From Promethearchaeia archaeon (GTDB lineage Archaea; Asgardarchaeota; Lokiarchaeia; Sigyniarchaeales; SOKP01), in contig JAHQWL010000096.1 of the NCBI GenBank assembly GCA_029856155.1, forward strand, positions 17,140 through 81,139: a DNA stretch of 64,000 nt. Reading direction: 5' to 3'. Shown in pieces: positions 30,989 through 40,109 of this stretch (its first letter is position 1; each line of letters starts with the position of its first letter). The notes beneath the pieces are model-generated. The model was given only the letters and a program-made list of their open reading frames with translations. It searched no databases and had not been told where the DNA came from. A program made the translations under genes and the position numbers.

Positions 30989-32656
30989 TTATTCTCCACC
31001 TCCATAGGTTACAATTTCTGCAATAATTTGATCACTAGTAAAATGGTGTATGGTTATTGCATTTTGCGGGCAACTAGCTCCACATAGTCCACACCCCTTA
31101 CAAACAACTTTATTAACTACTACAGTATCTGTTTCCTCATCTTTAGATATTGCACTATAGGGACAAATTTTAATACACGCTTCACATCCCACACATAAAT
31201 CTGTATTTACTTCGGCTGTAGAACCTTCTACTTCTAACATTTCTTTAGAAAGTATTGTACTTGCCCTAGAAGCTGCCGCATTTGATTGTGATATAGATTC
31301 TGAAATATCTGCTGGCCAATGAGCAGAACCACATACGAATATACCGTCTGTAGCAAAATCAACAGGTCTTAATTTCACATGAGCTTCTAAAAAGAAGTGA
31401 TTCTCTCCTAATGGTACTTTTAACATTTTAGCTAACTGCTCTGAATCTTCATTTGCAACAAGTGGCATTGATAATACAACAAGATCATAGGGAAATCCAA
31501 TAACTTGATTCATAAATTCATTATAGACCTCAATACAATCTTTTTTAATTGTTGGAGGTTTTTCTGGTAAATATTTTATAAATAATATTCCCATTTCTCT
31601 TGCTCTTCTATAATATTCCTCATAGGTGACACCTTGAGTTTGAATATCTCTAAAAATTATATTAACATTAGCATTTGGATTGTGTTCCTTGATTAAGATT
31701 GCATTTTTAAGAGCAGTCATACAGCATATATTAGAACAATATTTTCGTTCTTCATTTCTACAACCAACACATTGAATCATAGTAGTATTATTGGTGCTGA
31801 TTTTATTCTCTTTTAATATTCCTTCTAATTCTAATTGACTTATTATAGTCTTTCCATTATAATTATAATATCCTTCTGGTGATAAAGCTTTTGCCCCCGT
31901 AGCTACAATAATAGCTCCTGCTTCAATTTCGATTGTTTTTTTATTTTGGAGAATAATTACTTTAAAATTCCCTACATATCCTTCAATTTTTTCTATTACA
32001 GCAGACTTATATACATCAATCTTTTTATGACTCTCTACTAAATTTCTTGTTTCTAATATATTTGAAGCATCTTCATTAGTAGGATATACTTTATTTAGAT
32101 GCCTAATTAAACCTCCTAGTTCAGCATCCCTCTCTATTAAACTTACTTTAAAATTTTGGTTTGCTAAATTTAATGCAGCATTCATTCCTGCGATCCCTCC
32201 TCCTATTACTATAGCAAAAGGAATTACACTAACTTGCGTTTTTTCTAATGATTCTAATAGGGCAGCCTTATAGACACCCATTCTAATGAGATCTTTAGCC
32301 TTTTCAGTTCCTTTTTCTGGTTCTTTCATATGAACCCAGGAATCTTGATCTCGAATGTTTACCATTTCAAATAAATAGGGATTCAAACCTGCTTCTTGAC
32401 AAGTTGATCTAAATAAGGGTTCATGAGTTCGAGGAGAACACGATGCTACAATAACACGATTTAAATTATATTCCTTTATATTTTTTCTTATCTCACTTAA
32501 TCCAACCTCTGAACATGTATAAAGATTTGCATCACTATATACTACGTTAGGTAAAGTTTTGGTATATTCTGTTAACTCAGAAATATCTAAAACACCACCT
32601 ATATTAGTACCACAATGACAAATAAAAACTCCAATTCTAATATCATCATCCGTCAT
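30989..32656 (-). CDS. hdrA: HdrA-like subunit, second module (split form)
   Basis: [49 protein letters not shown]-terminal 2x[4Fe-4S]. Confidence 0.9.
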   Translation of the reverse strand: MTDDDIRIGVFICHCGTNIGGVLDISELTEYTKTLPNVVYSDANLYTCSEVGLSEIRKNIKEYNLNRVIVASCSPRTHEPLFRSTCQEAGLNPYLFEMVNIRDQDSWVHMKEPEKGTEKAKDLIRMGVYKAALLESLEKTQVSVIPFAIVIGGGIAGMNAALNLANQNFKVSLIERDAELGGLIRHLNKVYPTNEDASNILETRNLVESHKKIDVYKSAVIEKIEGYVGNFKVIILQNKKTIEIEAGAIIVATGAKALSPEGYYNYNGKTIISQLELEGILKENKISTNNTTMIQCVGCRNEERKYCSNICCMTALKNAILIKEHNPNANVNIIFRDIQTQGVTYEEYYRRAREMGILFIKYLPEKPPTIKKDCIEVYNEFMNQVIGFPYDLVVLSMPLVANEDSEQLAKMLKVPLGENHFFLEAHVKLRPVDFATDGIFVCGSAHWPADISESISQSNAAASRASTILSKEMLEVEGSTAEVNTDLCVGCEACIKICPYSAISKDEETDTVVVNKVVCKGCGLCGASCPQNAITIHHFTSDQIIAEIVTYGGGE

Positions 32657-32660
32657 TTTT

Positions 32661-33959
32661 TTACCCCCTCATCACCATTTCAGCAGCTTTAGCTGCAGCT
32701 CCACTGGCATCAATTACTGAATTTGGAATATCCATTGGTTCCCTACAAGTACCACAGAGAAATATACCTTCTTTAGAGGATTTTTGGGGTTGATAACTCT
32801 CTGCTTTGAAAAAATTAAAATCATTTATTTTAATTCCAAGGATTTTAGCTAATTCTCCAGCATCTTTTTTAGGTATCATAGTAGAAGCTAAAATTACTAA
32901 GTCAAATTTAAGTTGTTTCACTTGCGAAGTATTAATATCTTCATATATAATTAGAGGATTTCTTTGATCATCTTCTAATATCTTCGCTACCTTTCCTTTA
33001 ATGTATTTAATAGCGTATTCATCACATCCCCTTTGAATATATTCTCGAAAACCTTTACCAGCAGCTCTAAGATCAATATAAAATATTGAAGTATCTATTT
33101 CATTATCATGCTCATAAGCTATCATTGCTTCTTTAGTGGTATACATACAGCAACAAGATGAACAATATGGATTGTTTTTTATATCCCTTGAACCTACACA
33201 ATTAATAAAAGCCAGTTTTTTAGGCTCATTTTTATCTGATGGTCTCGTCAAATGTCCTCCCAAAGGTCCAGAAGCACTAATTAATCTTTCAAATTCTAGA
33301 GCGGTAACAACATTGGGATATCGACCATATCCTAAAGAATCAAGAGTTTTTGGATTAAATATATCATAACCTGTCGCTACAATGACTGATCCCACATTTA
33401 ATTCCATTTCTTCATCCTTTTGATCGAAATCGATTGCTTCTCTTTCACAAACTTTTTCACAAATCCTGCAAGCGTTCTTTGTGAAAAATAAACAGTTTTC
33501 TTTATCTATAGTCATTATTGAGGGAACACCTTGAACATAATCAATATAGATTGCTCTACGTTTTCTTAATTTCATATCAAATTCATCATCTACCCTCATT
33601 GGACATTTTTCTATACATTGTCCACAATTAATACATTCTTCTGCTTTTACATATCTTGCTTTCTTGAAGATTTTCACAATGAAATTCCCTGGTTGACCTG
33701 ATAAATTTTTTACTTCTGAAAGTGTATGTAAAGTAATATTTGGATGTCGAAAACATTCTGCGAGTTTTGGAGCTAAAATACAGATAGAACAGTCATTAGT
33801 AGGAAACGTTTTATCAAGTTGTGCCATTCGTCCTCCGATACAGGCATTTTTCTCAACCAATTCGACGTTTATACCTCTTTCAGCTAAATCTAAAGATGCT
33901 TGAATTCCTGCGATTCCCCCTCCAATAACCATAACTGTTTTTAAATTTTTACCCAACAT
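32661..33959 (-). CDS. hdrA: HdrA-like subunit, first module (split form)
   Basis: [16 protein letters not shown], ferredoxin insert, LEFER, CVGSR..YCSSCCC. Confidence 0.9.
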   Translation of the reverse strand: MLGKNLKTVMVIGGGIAGIQASLDLAERGINVELVEKNACIGGRMAQLDKTFPTNDCSICILAPKLAECFRHPNITLHTLSEVKNLSGQPGNFIVKIFKKARYVKAEECINCGQCIEKCPMRVDDEFDMKLRKRRAIYIDYVQGVPSIMTIDKENCLFFTKNACRICEKVCEREAIDFDQKDEEMELNVGSVIVATGYDIFNPKTLDSLGYGRYPNVVTALEFERLISASGPLGGHLTRPSDKNEPKKLAFINCVGSRDIKNNPYCSSCCCMYTTKEAMIAYEHDNEIDTSIFYIDLRAAGKGFREYIQRGCDEYAIKYIKGKVAKILEDDQRNPLIIYEDINTSQVKQLKFDLVILASTMIPKKDAGELAKILGIKINDFNFFKAESYQPQKSSKEGIFLCGTCREPMDIPNSVIDASGAAAKAAEMVMRG

Positions 33960-33976
33960 AATTCCTCTCCTTTATA

Positions 33977-34846
33977 TTAAGCAATTTTTTGTAAAATATC
34001 ATTAACTTTAATCCTATGGAAGTTGAAACCTAATTTATCCATATCCATTCCTAGAGCTAAAGCAATTAGCTCGGTTATGTAAAAAACTGGAAAATTATAG
34101 TTTGTATTTTTAATTTTATTTATTTCTCTCTGGTTGAAATCAAATTGTTGATAACAAGCGGGGCAAACACATGCAATACAATCTGTTCCTGCTTCTTTCA
34201 TACTTTTAAGCTTACTCTCCAACATACTTAGGGAAATATCCTTATCAGATTTTTCTACGGGATTCCCACAACAATCATTCTTCAAACTGTATTCAACTGG
34301 ATTTGCTCCAGTTGCTTCAATTAATTCATCTAATGTTTTAGGATTTAGTGGATCATCCCAATTTATTATTTCAGATGGACGTAAATAATGGCATCCCGGG
34401 TGACCCGCAACTCTTAGATCTTTTAATGGTTTCTTGACCTTTTCCTTAATTTTTTCAATATTTTCATATAACACTTCAGCAAAATGTTTTATATCAATAT
34501 TTCCTTTATAAGCTTTTCCAATTACCTTTAATTTCAAATTAATTTCTTTTTTCTTCTCGTTATCATTATCTAAAATGTGTTTAACTGTTTTAAGAGATTC
34601 TGTACATCCAGAACATAGACTTAATATATTCTTTTTACTTTCTTCGAAAAGACATATATTTCTTGCTCCTAAAGTTAAGAATGTTTCATGATCCAATTGA
34701 GCCGCACCAGTAGGATCTGGGCAACATGAACATTTAGCTTGATCTCCAACTTTCAAACCAATTTTTTCGAATGTACTTCGCGCAGATGCTTCTAAAAATG
34801 GTAGTCTTCCAGGAATTACACAGCCTAAAAAGTAACTATAAGACAT
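33977..34846 (-). CDS. hdrB: Heterodisulfide reductase subunit B
   Basis: YFLGC, CCP, CSGC, HPGCH, CCG and CPAC: two CCG domains. Confidence 0.93.
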   Translation of the reverse strand: MSYSYFLGCVIPGRLPFLEASARSTFEKIGLKVGDQAKCSCCPDPTGAAQLDHETFLTLGARNICLFEESKKNILSLCSGCTESLKTVKHILDNDNEKKKEINLKLKVIGKAYKGNIDIKHFAEVLYENIEKIKEKVKKPLKDLRVAGHPGCHYLRPSEIINWDDPLNPKTLDELIEATGANPVEYSLKNDCCGNPVEKSDKDISLSMLESKLKSMKEAGTDCIACVCPACYQQFDFNQREINKIKNTNYNFPVFYITELIALALGMDMDKLGFNFHRIKVNDILQKIA

Positions 34847-34847
34847 T

Positions 34848-35354
34848 TTATTTATTTACCTCAAACAGTTTTATTTTTTTTTCAAAATCAGTAGCATCTA
34901 ACAATTTTTTTAATTCTTTAATATTAGCAGTTTCTACATTCGGAAGTCCCAATTGATCTCTTCTACGAATGATTGGTTGTGTTAGGGGAATTGCTAATCC
35001 ATGTTGTATTACACTTATTGCTTGCATTTTATAAGTCTCAGGGTAAGGTTCTCCTAATAACACAATCTTATTTTTAATTTTCTCAAAAATTTCCGTCAAA
35101 AAAACGTTTTGGGGGCATTCTTCTACACACATCTGGCATGTACAACATAACCATACATTAGGTTTTTGATCTTTTAATAACAAATCTTTTAGCCCTAATA
35201 GTGATTGTTCGATAATTTTTCGAGGATTATATTCACCATTAGTGATTAAAGCAACAGGACATGTGCTGGAACAAGTTCCACATTGATAACAATAATTTAG
35301 TGAGAAAGCTCCTTTAATCAGTTCATTTCGAAATTCAAAATCAACCATTTGCAT
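34848..35354 (-). CDS. hdrC: Heterodisulfide reductase subunit C
   Basis: CYQCGTCSSTCP and WLCCTCQMCVEECP. Confidence 0.92.
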   Translation of the reverse strand: MQMVDFEFRNELIKGAFSLNYCYQCGTCSSTCPVALITNGEYNPRKIIEQSLLGLKDLLLKDQKPNVWLCCTCQMCVEECPQNVFLTEIFEKIKNKIVLLGEPYPETYKMQAISVIQHGLAIPLTQPIIRRRDQLGLPNVETANIKELKKLLDATDFEKKIKLFEVNK

Positions 35355-35862
35355 AATCTTTAACCTATATAGTAATTAGTATGATATATTTTAGAATCTA
35401 ATTATCTATTTTATAAATATTGATATTTTTAATAATATATTTATTATATTTTTAAGGATTACAATAGTTTTTTCCAATATAATAATTAAGATCGATCTTA
35501 GTATTTAAAGATTTTTTACCATTTCGGAAATATATAACTTTTTTTAAAGTTTCCAACATTTTCATTTATGATTTTGAAAAATAAGTAAGAAAAAAGTATT
35601 AATTTAAAAGCTTTTTAACTTTTTAAATTATCACATTTGAATATTAATTCAAAATATGATTAAAAACGCAATTTTTTACAAGAAAAATTCTTAATATAAA
35701 AATAATGAAATCGGGAAGTATAATTTAAATTCCTATATTTTTATAGTAAAAAATATACGATTTAAGTCATTTTCATATGTTTTTATTAATAAAAATTATA
35801 ATATTTGTAAGTATTATAAAAATATTAATTAATTTTTAGATAGAAAGAAAAGGTAAATTAGT

Positions 35863-36993
35863 ATGTCTGAAGAACCTACAGCTAAAATGAGTGATATCAT
35901 GCCTAAATCTTTCGAAGACCTCATTAAAGATGTCCATGAAAAAGATATCTGTGGAGAATGTGGAGGTTGTGTAAGTTTTTGTACCGCAGCAGATATAGGA
36001 GCTATTGAAATGACTGAAAATGGGTCACCTCATTATTCTAATGAAGAAAATTGTTTACATTGTGGAATATGCTATTTAATATGTCCTGAAACTTTTGAAT
36101 TGAGAAATGAATTAAACAATAAATACGATTTTAAACCTCCAATTGGAAGTTGGCTTAAAATTGTATCAGCTCAAGCGAAAGATCCAAATATTCGGGAAAT
36201 AGCTACTGATGGGGGAGTTGTAACAGCTATCTTAATTGCACTTTTAGATAATAATTTAATAAATGGAGCACTTATATCAAAAAGAATTAGTTCTTTTAAG
36301 AGAATACCTTTTTTTGCTAAAACGAAGGAAGAAATTCTTGAAGCTGCAGGTACTTATTATGATTTAAAAGGCCCTGTACCGGAATTAGGGAAATATAATA
36401 CTTTTGTTTCCACTATTTCTGAATTAAAAAAAATTACTGATTCCGATTATATGAAAATTGCTGTGGTCGGAGTACCCTGTCAGATTCACTCCATTAGAAA
36501 AATGCAAGAACTCAATATAATTCCTGCTCATATTGTTAAATATACGTTAGGATTATTTTGTTATGAGAATTTTAAATTTAATGATGTTGCCAGAGCGAAA
36601 ATTGAAGAAAGATTCAAATTTTCTTTTGAGGATATTGAGAAGATGAATATAAAAGACAATTTAATAATTTATTTAAGAAATAAAGATAGTCCCCTAAAGG
36701 TAGAATTTTCTGACCTTAGAGATATTATGAGACATGCTTGTAGAGTATGTAAAAATTTTTCAAACTATTTTGCTGATATTTCTTTTGGAGGTTTAGGTTC
36801 TCAAACAGGTTATACAACGGTTATGGTTAGAACTAAAACAGGAGAAAAGATCTACAATCTCGCTCAAAATAAAGGTTATATTATTGAACCAACTGAATTA
36901 AATACGTCTGTAGAAAAATCAAAATTATTAGCGCAAATCATTAGTTTTAGTAAAAGAAAGATAAGAAGAGCTGAAGATTTTGAAGTAATATAA
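35863..36993 (+). CDS. F420-reducing hydrogenase beta/FpoF-type (FrhB family) F420-interacting Fe-S flavoprotein
   Basis: N-terminal 2x[4Fe-4S] (CGECGGCVSFC, CLHCGICYLICP), DGGVVTA, AAGT.Y, VGVPCQ, GLFC, C..C..F...ADIS.G. Confidence 0.9.
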   Translation: MSEEPTAKMSDIMPKSFEDLIKDVHEKDICGECGGCVSFCTAADIGAIEMTENGSPHYSNEENCLHCGICYLICPETFELRNELNNKYDFKPPIGSWLKIVSAQAKDPNIREIATDGGVVTAILIALLDNNLINGALISKRISSFKRIPFFAKTKEEILEAAGTYYDLKGPVPELGKYNTFVSTISELKKITDSDYMKIAVVGVPCQIHSIRKMQELNIIPAHIVKYTLGLFCYENFKFNDVARAKIEERFKFSFEDIEKMNIKDNLIIYLRNKDSPLKVEFSDLRDIMRHACRVCKNFSNYFADISFGGLGSQTGYTTVMVRTKTGEKIYNLAQNKGYIIEPTELNTSVEKSKLLAQIISFSKRKIRRAEDFEVI

Positions 36994-37308
36994 GCAATTT
37001 GATAGAATTAAGAGCTCATTTTATAATTATAAGTAAAAATATTCCAAATATTATTGGAAAGAAAATTGGAAAAAACTTATTTAAAATTTAAAGTATTGGG
37101 GAAAAATTGGTTTATTTAATTAGAAATTATTTTTCTTAGGGGGTTTATACGAAAACTTGAAATGAATAATAAGATATTAATAATTAAACCACAAATTAAC
37201 TATTTAATAAATAATAAAATATATTATCCAAATATACTATCCTTTTAAATATATGAATAAGGAAAGTAAATTCAAGTTTCAATTGCATCATTAAAAAATT
37301 GGTGAGTC

Positions 37309-37992
37309 TTGGTGAAGATACTAGTAAGTGGTCCGTTGCAATCTGGAAAATCAAGTTACATAAAAGCATTAGATCCAAATGCTTTGAATGTAGAAGCAAA
37401 AGGAAAGGATGAGAAATTTTATACAGTCGGGATGGATCTTGGAAGCGTAAAGTTAAATGGATTTGATTGTTACTTATTTGGTACTCCCGGTCTTTTAAGA
37501 TTTTCAATAATGAGAAGTATTGTCACCACAGGTTCTGATGGGATAATTTTTATTTTTGATGCTGCTGCTCCAGAAAAAGATGATAGTGCAATTGTAATAT
37601 TAAATTCTGTACGTAAGTTATTACCTCCTAACACTCCAATAACATTTGTGGCAAATAAGCAGGATATTGAAGGCGCACGACCACCAGAAGTGATCCGAAC
37701 TCAAAATTATTTACCTGAAGATAGTAAAATCTTTCCTACAAGTACAAAAACAGGAATGAACATAAGAGAATCAGTTACTTATTTAGTAAATCATATTTAT
37801 GAAGAATATTCATCATTACTTCAAACACTTCGGGCATATGAGAATGATATTGAAGGGTTAGCACAAGAATTAAAAAAAGATAAGATTCAAATGCGAGATT
37901 TATTAAATAATTTAGAGATTAAACGATTTATTGAAGTGGATAGAATTAAAAAGGAATTTAAAGTAAGAAGTGGGTTAAAATATTTAGTTTAA
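37309..37992 (+). CDS. Small GTPase (ATP_bind_1/conservon-MglA-related) with C-terminal winged-helix-like domain
   Basis: GPLQSGKS, TVGMDLG, FGTPG, NKQD; start may be GTG 37312. Confidence 0.82.
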   Translation: MVKILVSGPLQSGKSSYIKALDPNALNVEAKGKDEKFYTVGMDLGSVKLNGFDCYLFGTPGLLRFSIMRSIVTTGSDGIIFIFDAAAPEKDDSAIVILNSVRKLLPPNTPITFVANKQDIEGARPPEVIRTQNYLPEDSKIFPTSTKTGMNIRESVTYLVNHIYEEYSSLLQTLRAYENDIEGLAQELKKDKIQMRDLLNNLEIKRFIEVDRIKKEFKVRSGLKYLV

Positions 37993-38009
37993 ATATTTTT
38001 TAAGTAAGT

Positions 38010-39887
38010 CTATTTTTTTAATGATAGAGGAGAAATTTCTTCCGTATTATATTCTTTTAACAAATTTCTTATATTTTTCCTCAGGCTTTTAAGTAAATTC
38101 CAGAAAAATTTAGGTACATCCTTTTCTTTTTTATACATTGTTTCTATACGATCTAATTTACCGAGAAGCTTATTAGGTCTAATAGAAAATTGTTTAATAT
38201 AATCTTCTTCTGTATATTCCTTCTGAAGATATTGTTTAAAGAGTACTTTTAAATCTAAGTATATGGGGATATAACCAATAGGTGTCTCTATTGCCTCATA
38301 ATCATTATGAACACGACCTTCTGCCCAAATAACCCAACACAACTTATCTAAAATACCGTTTAAATATTTTCCTTCTTTATTTTTAAGAAAATAATTAGTC
38401 GCAAACACTTTAGGGCAATGATCTAATTGATTTCCAAATTTTTGGTGGTTTCTTAAATATTTCCCTAAACTTAAGACTAAGAAATCAAGATTAGCCATAG
38501 GATTGGCTTGTCTAACACCTTCTGCTCCAAGGGTTGCTGAAGTAGTTTCTGATTCAATAGAAGCCCCTAAAAAAACTCCATGTTCCCAGTCAAGACTTTC
38601 AATTACGGGGGGCATTGTATCACTATCACGGCCTCCATAAAGTATGCCATGTACGGGTACTCCATCTGGATTATGGAGATTAGGATCCGCATTATTCAAT
38701 TCTTCGATACGGATCGTGTATCGAGCATTTGGATGAGCGAGAGGTATTTCTCTCCCATCAATATCTTTCTTTCCTTTATTCCAATTACCGGAAAAATTAA
38801 ATCCTTCGTCTGGGATTTTTCTTCCATCTCCAATCCAATAAGGCTTTCCATCTTTAACAAACACATTAGAAAAAATAGTTTCTCTAGGAGTTGTTAAAGC
38901 GTCAAATATCACAGGATCATCTTTAGCATTTACATCTTTGATAATTCCAAAGATACCTCTCTCAATGTTAACCGAATGAGCATATCCATCTTCCCAAACT
39001 CGAAGATAGGCTATATCATCTCCGACTATAGTTTGTCCTGGTAACATTGCGGTGCTAGTTTTGCCACAAGCAGAAGGAAATGCACCACAGAAATATGAAG
39101 TTCTACTTTTTCCTTTAGGATGAACTCCCATTATAAAGTAATGCTCTGTTAGCCAATTTTCATTATTAGCTTTATATATTGCTAAACGCAAAGCGAGTTT
39201 TTTTAATCCAAGTGAATTTCCTGCATATTGATTATTAACTGAAAGCACACGTCCTTCTTTCAAATCTATATAAATCCTCCTTTTATCGAGATTTTTAGTA
39301 ACTGGTGGATTACCAGTTAATTCTCCCGAAGAATGAATGAAATAGAAGAATTCATCGGATCCGTTTAATACTTTGAATTCCTCGTAGCCTGCTCTATAAA
39401 GAAGATCTTCTGAATGAGCAACATAAAACGAATCTGTTAATTGAAGTGCAAGTATTGAAAATTTCGAATTTTTTGGCCCTAAGCAGAAAAACCGTATTAC
39501 ACATTCATGACCTTCCATGCAACCATTCATTATTTCCATAATTTCCATTAATCCTTTTTCTCTTTCCATGGTATTTATCCAAGGAAATAAATCTTTTTGT
39601 CCTTTAGGCACTAGCACTTGAGTATTCTCTTTGTCTCTAGCTTGATCATGATTAATCATCGTAAAAAACCCATCGTAATGTATTGTATGGCCTTCCAGAT
39701 TTAATCTTGCTTCTTCACCAAGTTTGACAGCCCTATCTCTGACATAGTCAATATCTTCTTTTGAATCTGTTATAACTGTAACCTTAGAGGGTTTACATAT
39801 TGTAACAAACTCAGCTACAACTTTTATAACGTGAGAGTTATTGAGAGCTTTTAATTTATCAAGGTTATTTTTATCGATAACTTCCAT
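38010..39887 (-). CDS. pckG: Phosphoenolpyruvate carboxykinase (GTP)
   Basis: YAGNSLGLKK, WLTEH, AFPSACGKTS, VGDDIA, HPNARY. Confidence 0.95.
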   Translation of the reverse strand: MEVIDKNNLDKLKALNNSHVIKVVAEFVTICKPSKVTVITDSKEDIDYVRDRAVKLGEEARLNLEGHTIHYDGFFTMINHDQARDKENTQVLVPKGQKDLFPWINTMEREKGLMEIMEIMNGCMEGHECVIRFFCLGPKNSKFSILALQLTDSFYVAHSEDLLYRAGYEEFKVLNGSDEFFYFIHSSGELTGNPPVTKNLDKRRIYIDLKEGRVLSVNNQYAGNSLGLKKLALRLAIYKANNENWLTEHYFIMGVHPKGKSRTSYFCGAFPSACGKTSTAMLPGQTIVGDDIAYLRVWEDGYAHSVNIERGIFGIIKDVNAKDDPVIFDALTTPRETIFSNVFVKDGKPYWIGDGRKIPDEGFNFSGNWNKGKKDIDGREIPLAHPNARYTIRIEELNNADPNLHNPDGVPVHGILYGGRDSDTMPPVIESLDWEHGVFLGASIESETTSATLGAEGVRQANPMANLDFLVLSLGKYLRNHQKFGNQLDHCPKVFATNYFLKNKEGKYLNGILDKLCWVIWAEGRVHNDYEAIETPIGYIPIYLDLKVLFKQYLQKEYTEEDYIKQFSIRPNKLLGKLDRIETMYKKEKDVPKFFWNLLKSLRKNIRNLLKEYNTEEISPLSLKK

Positions 39888-40109
39888 TTTAATTTTTTTA
39901 TCTATTTTTATTATAAAATCAATTAATAATGATTATAGATGTGTTATAGGAAAAGTTCTGAGTTTTTTTAATTTTACTTTTTTTATATTTTCAGTTTTCC
40001 AAGCAGATATTTATAGTTTGAGAAGATTAAATCTTTAAAACTTTGAAAAACTTGAATAGAATTTATTAAAATATAAAAAAAAAGAAATAAAGTAGAATTG
40101 TATTAATTA

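Noticed and set aside
32650-32675. Frameshift or assembly error splitting one hdrA at a G5/A7 run
   Set aside because: Removing one G would fuse the frames, but the ~20-aa linker seen in the fused paralog is absent, and GAGGGGG is a well-placed SD for the downstream ATG. A real split is more likely; read check advised.
26754-33959. Selenoprotein versions of HdrA/MvhD
   Set aside because: All four ORFs are uninterrupted and use Cys at the cluster ligands; no UGA recoding is needed.
35355-35862. Long AT-rich gap as a replication origin
   Set aside because: No ORB-like G-string repeats and no adjacent orc1/cdc6; adequately explained as a divergent promoter region.
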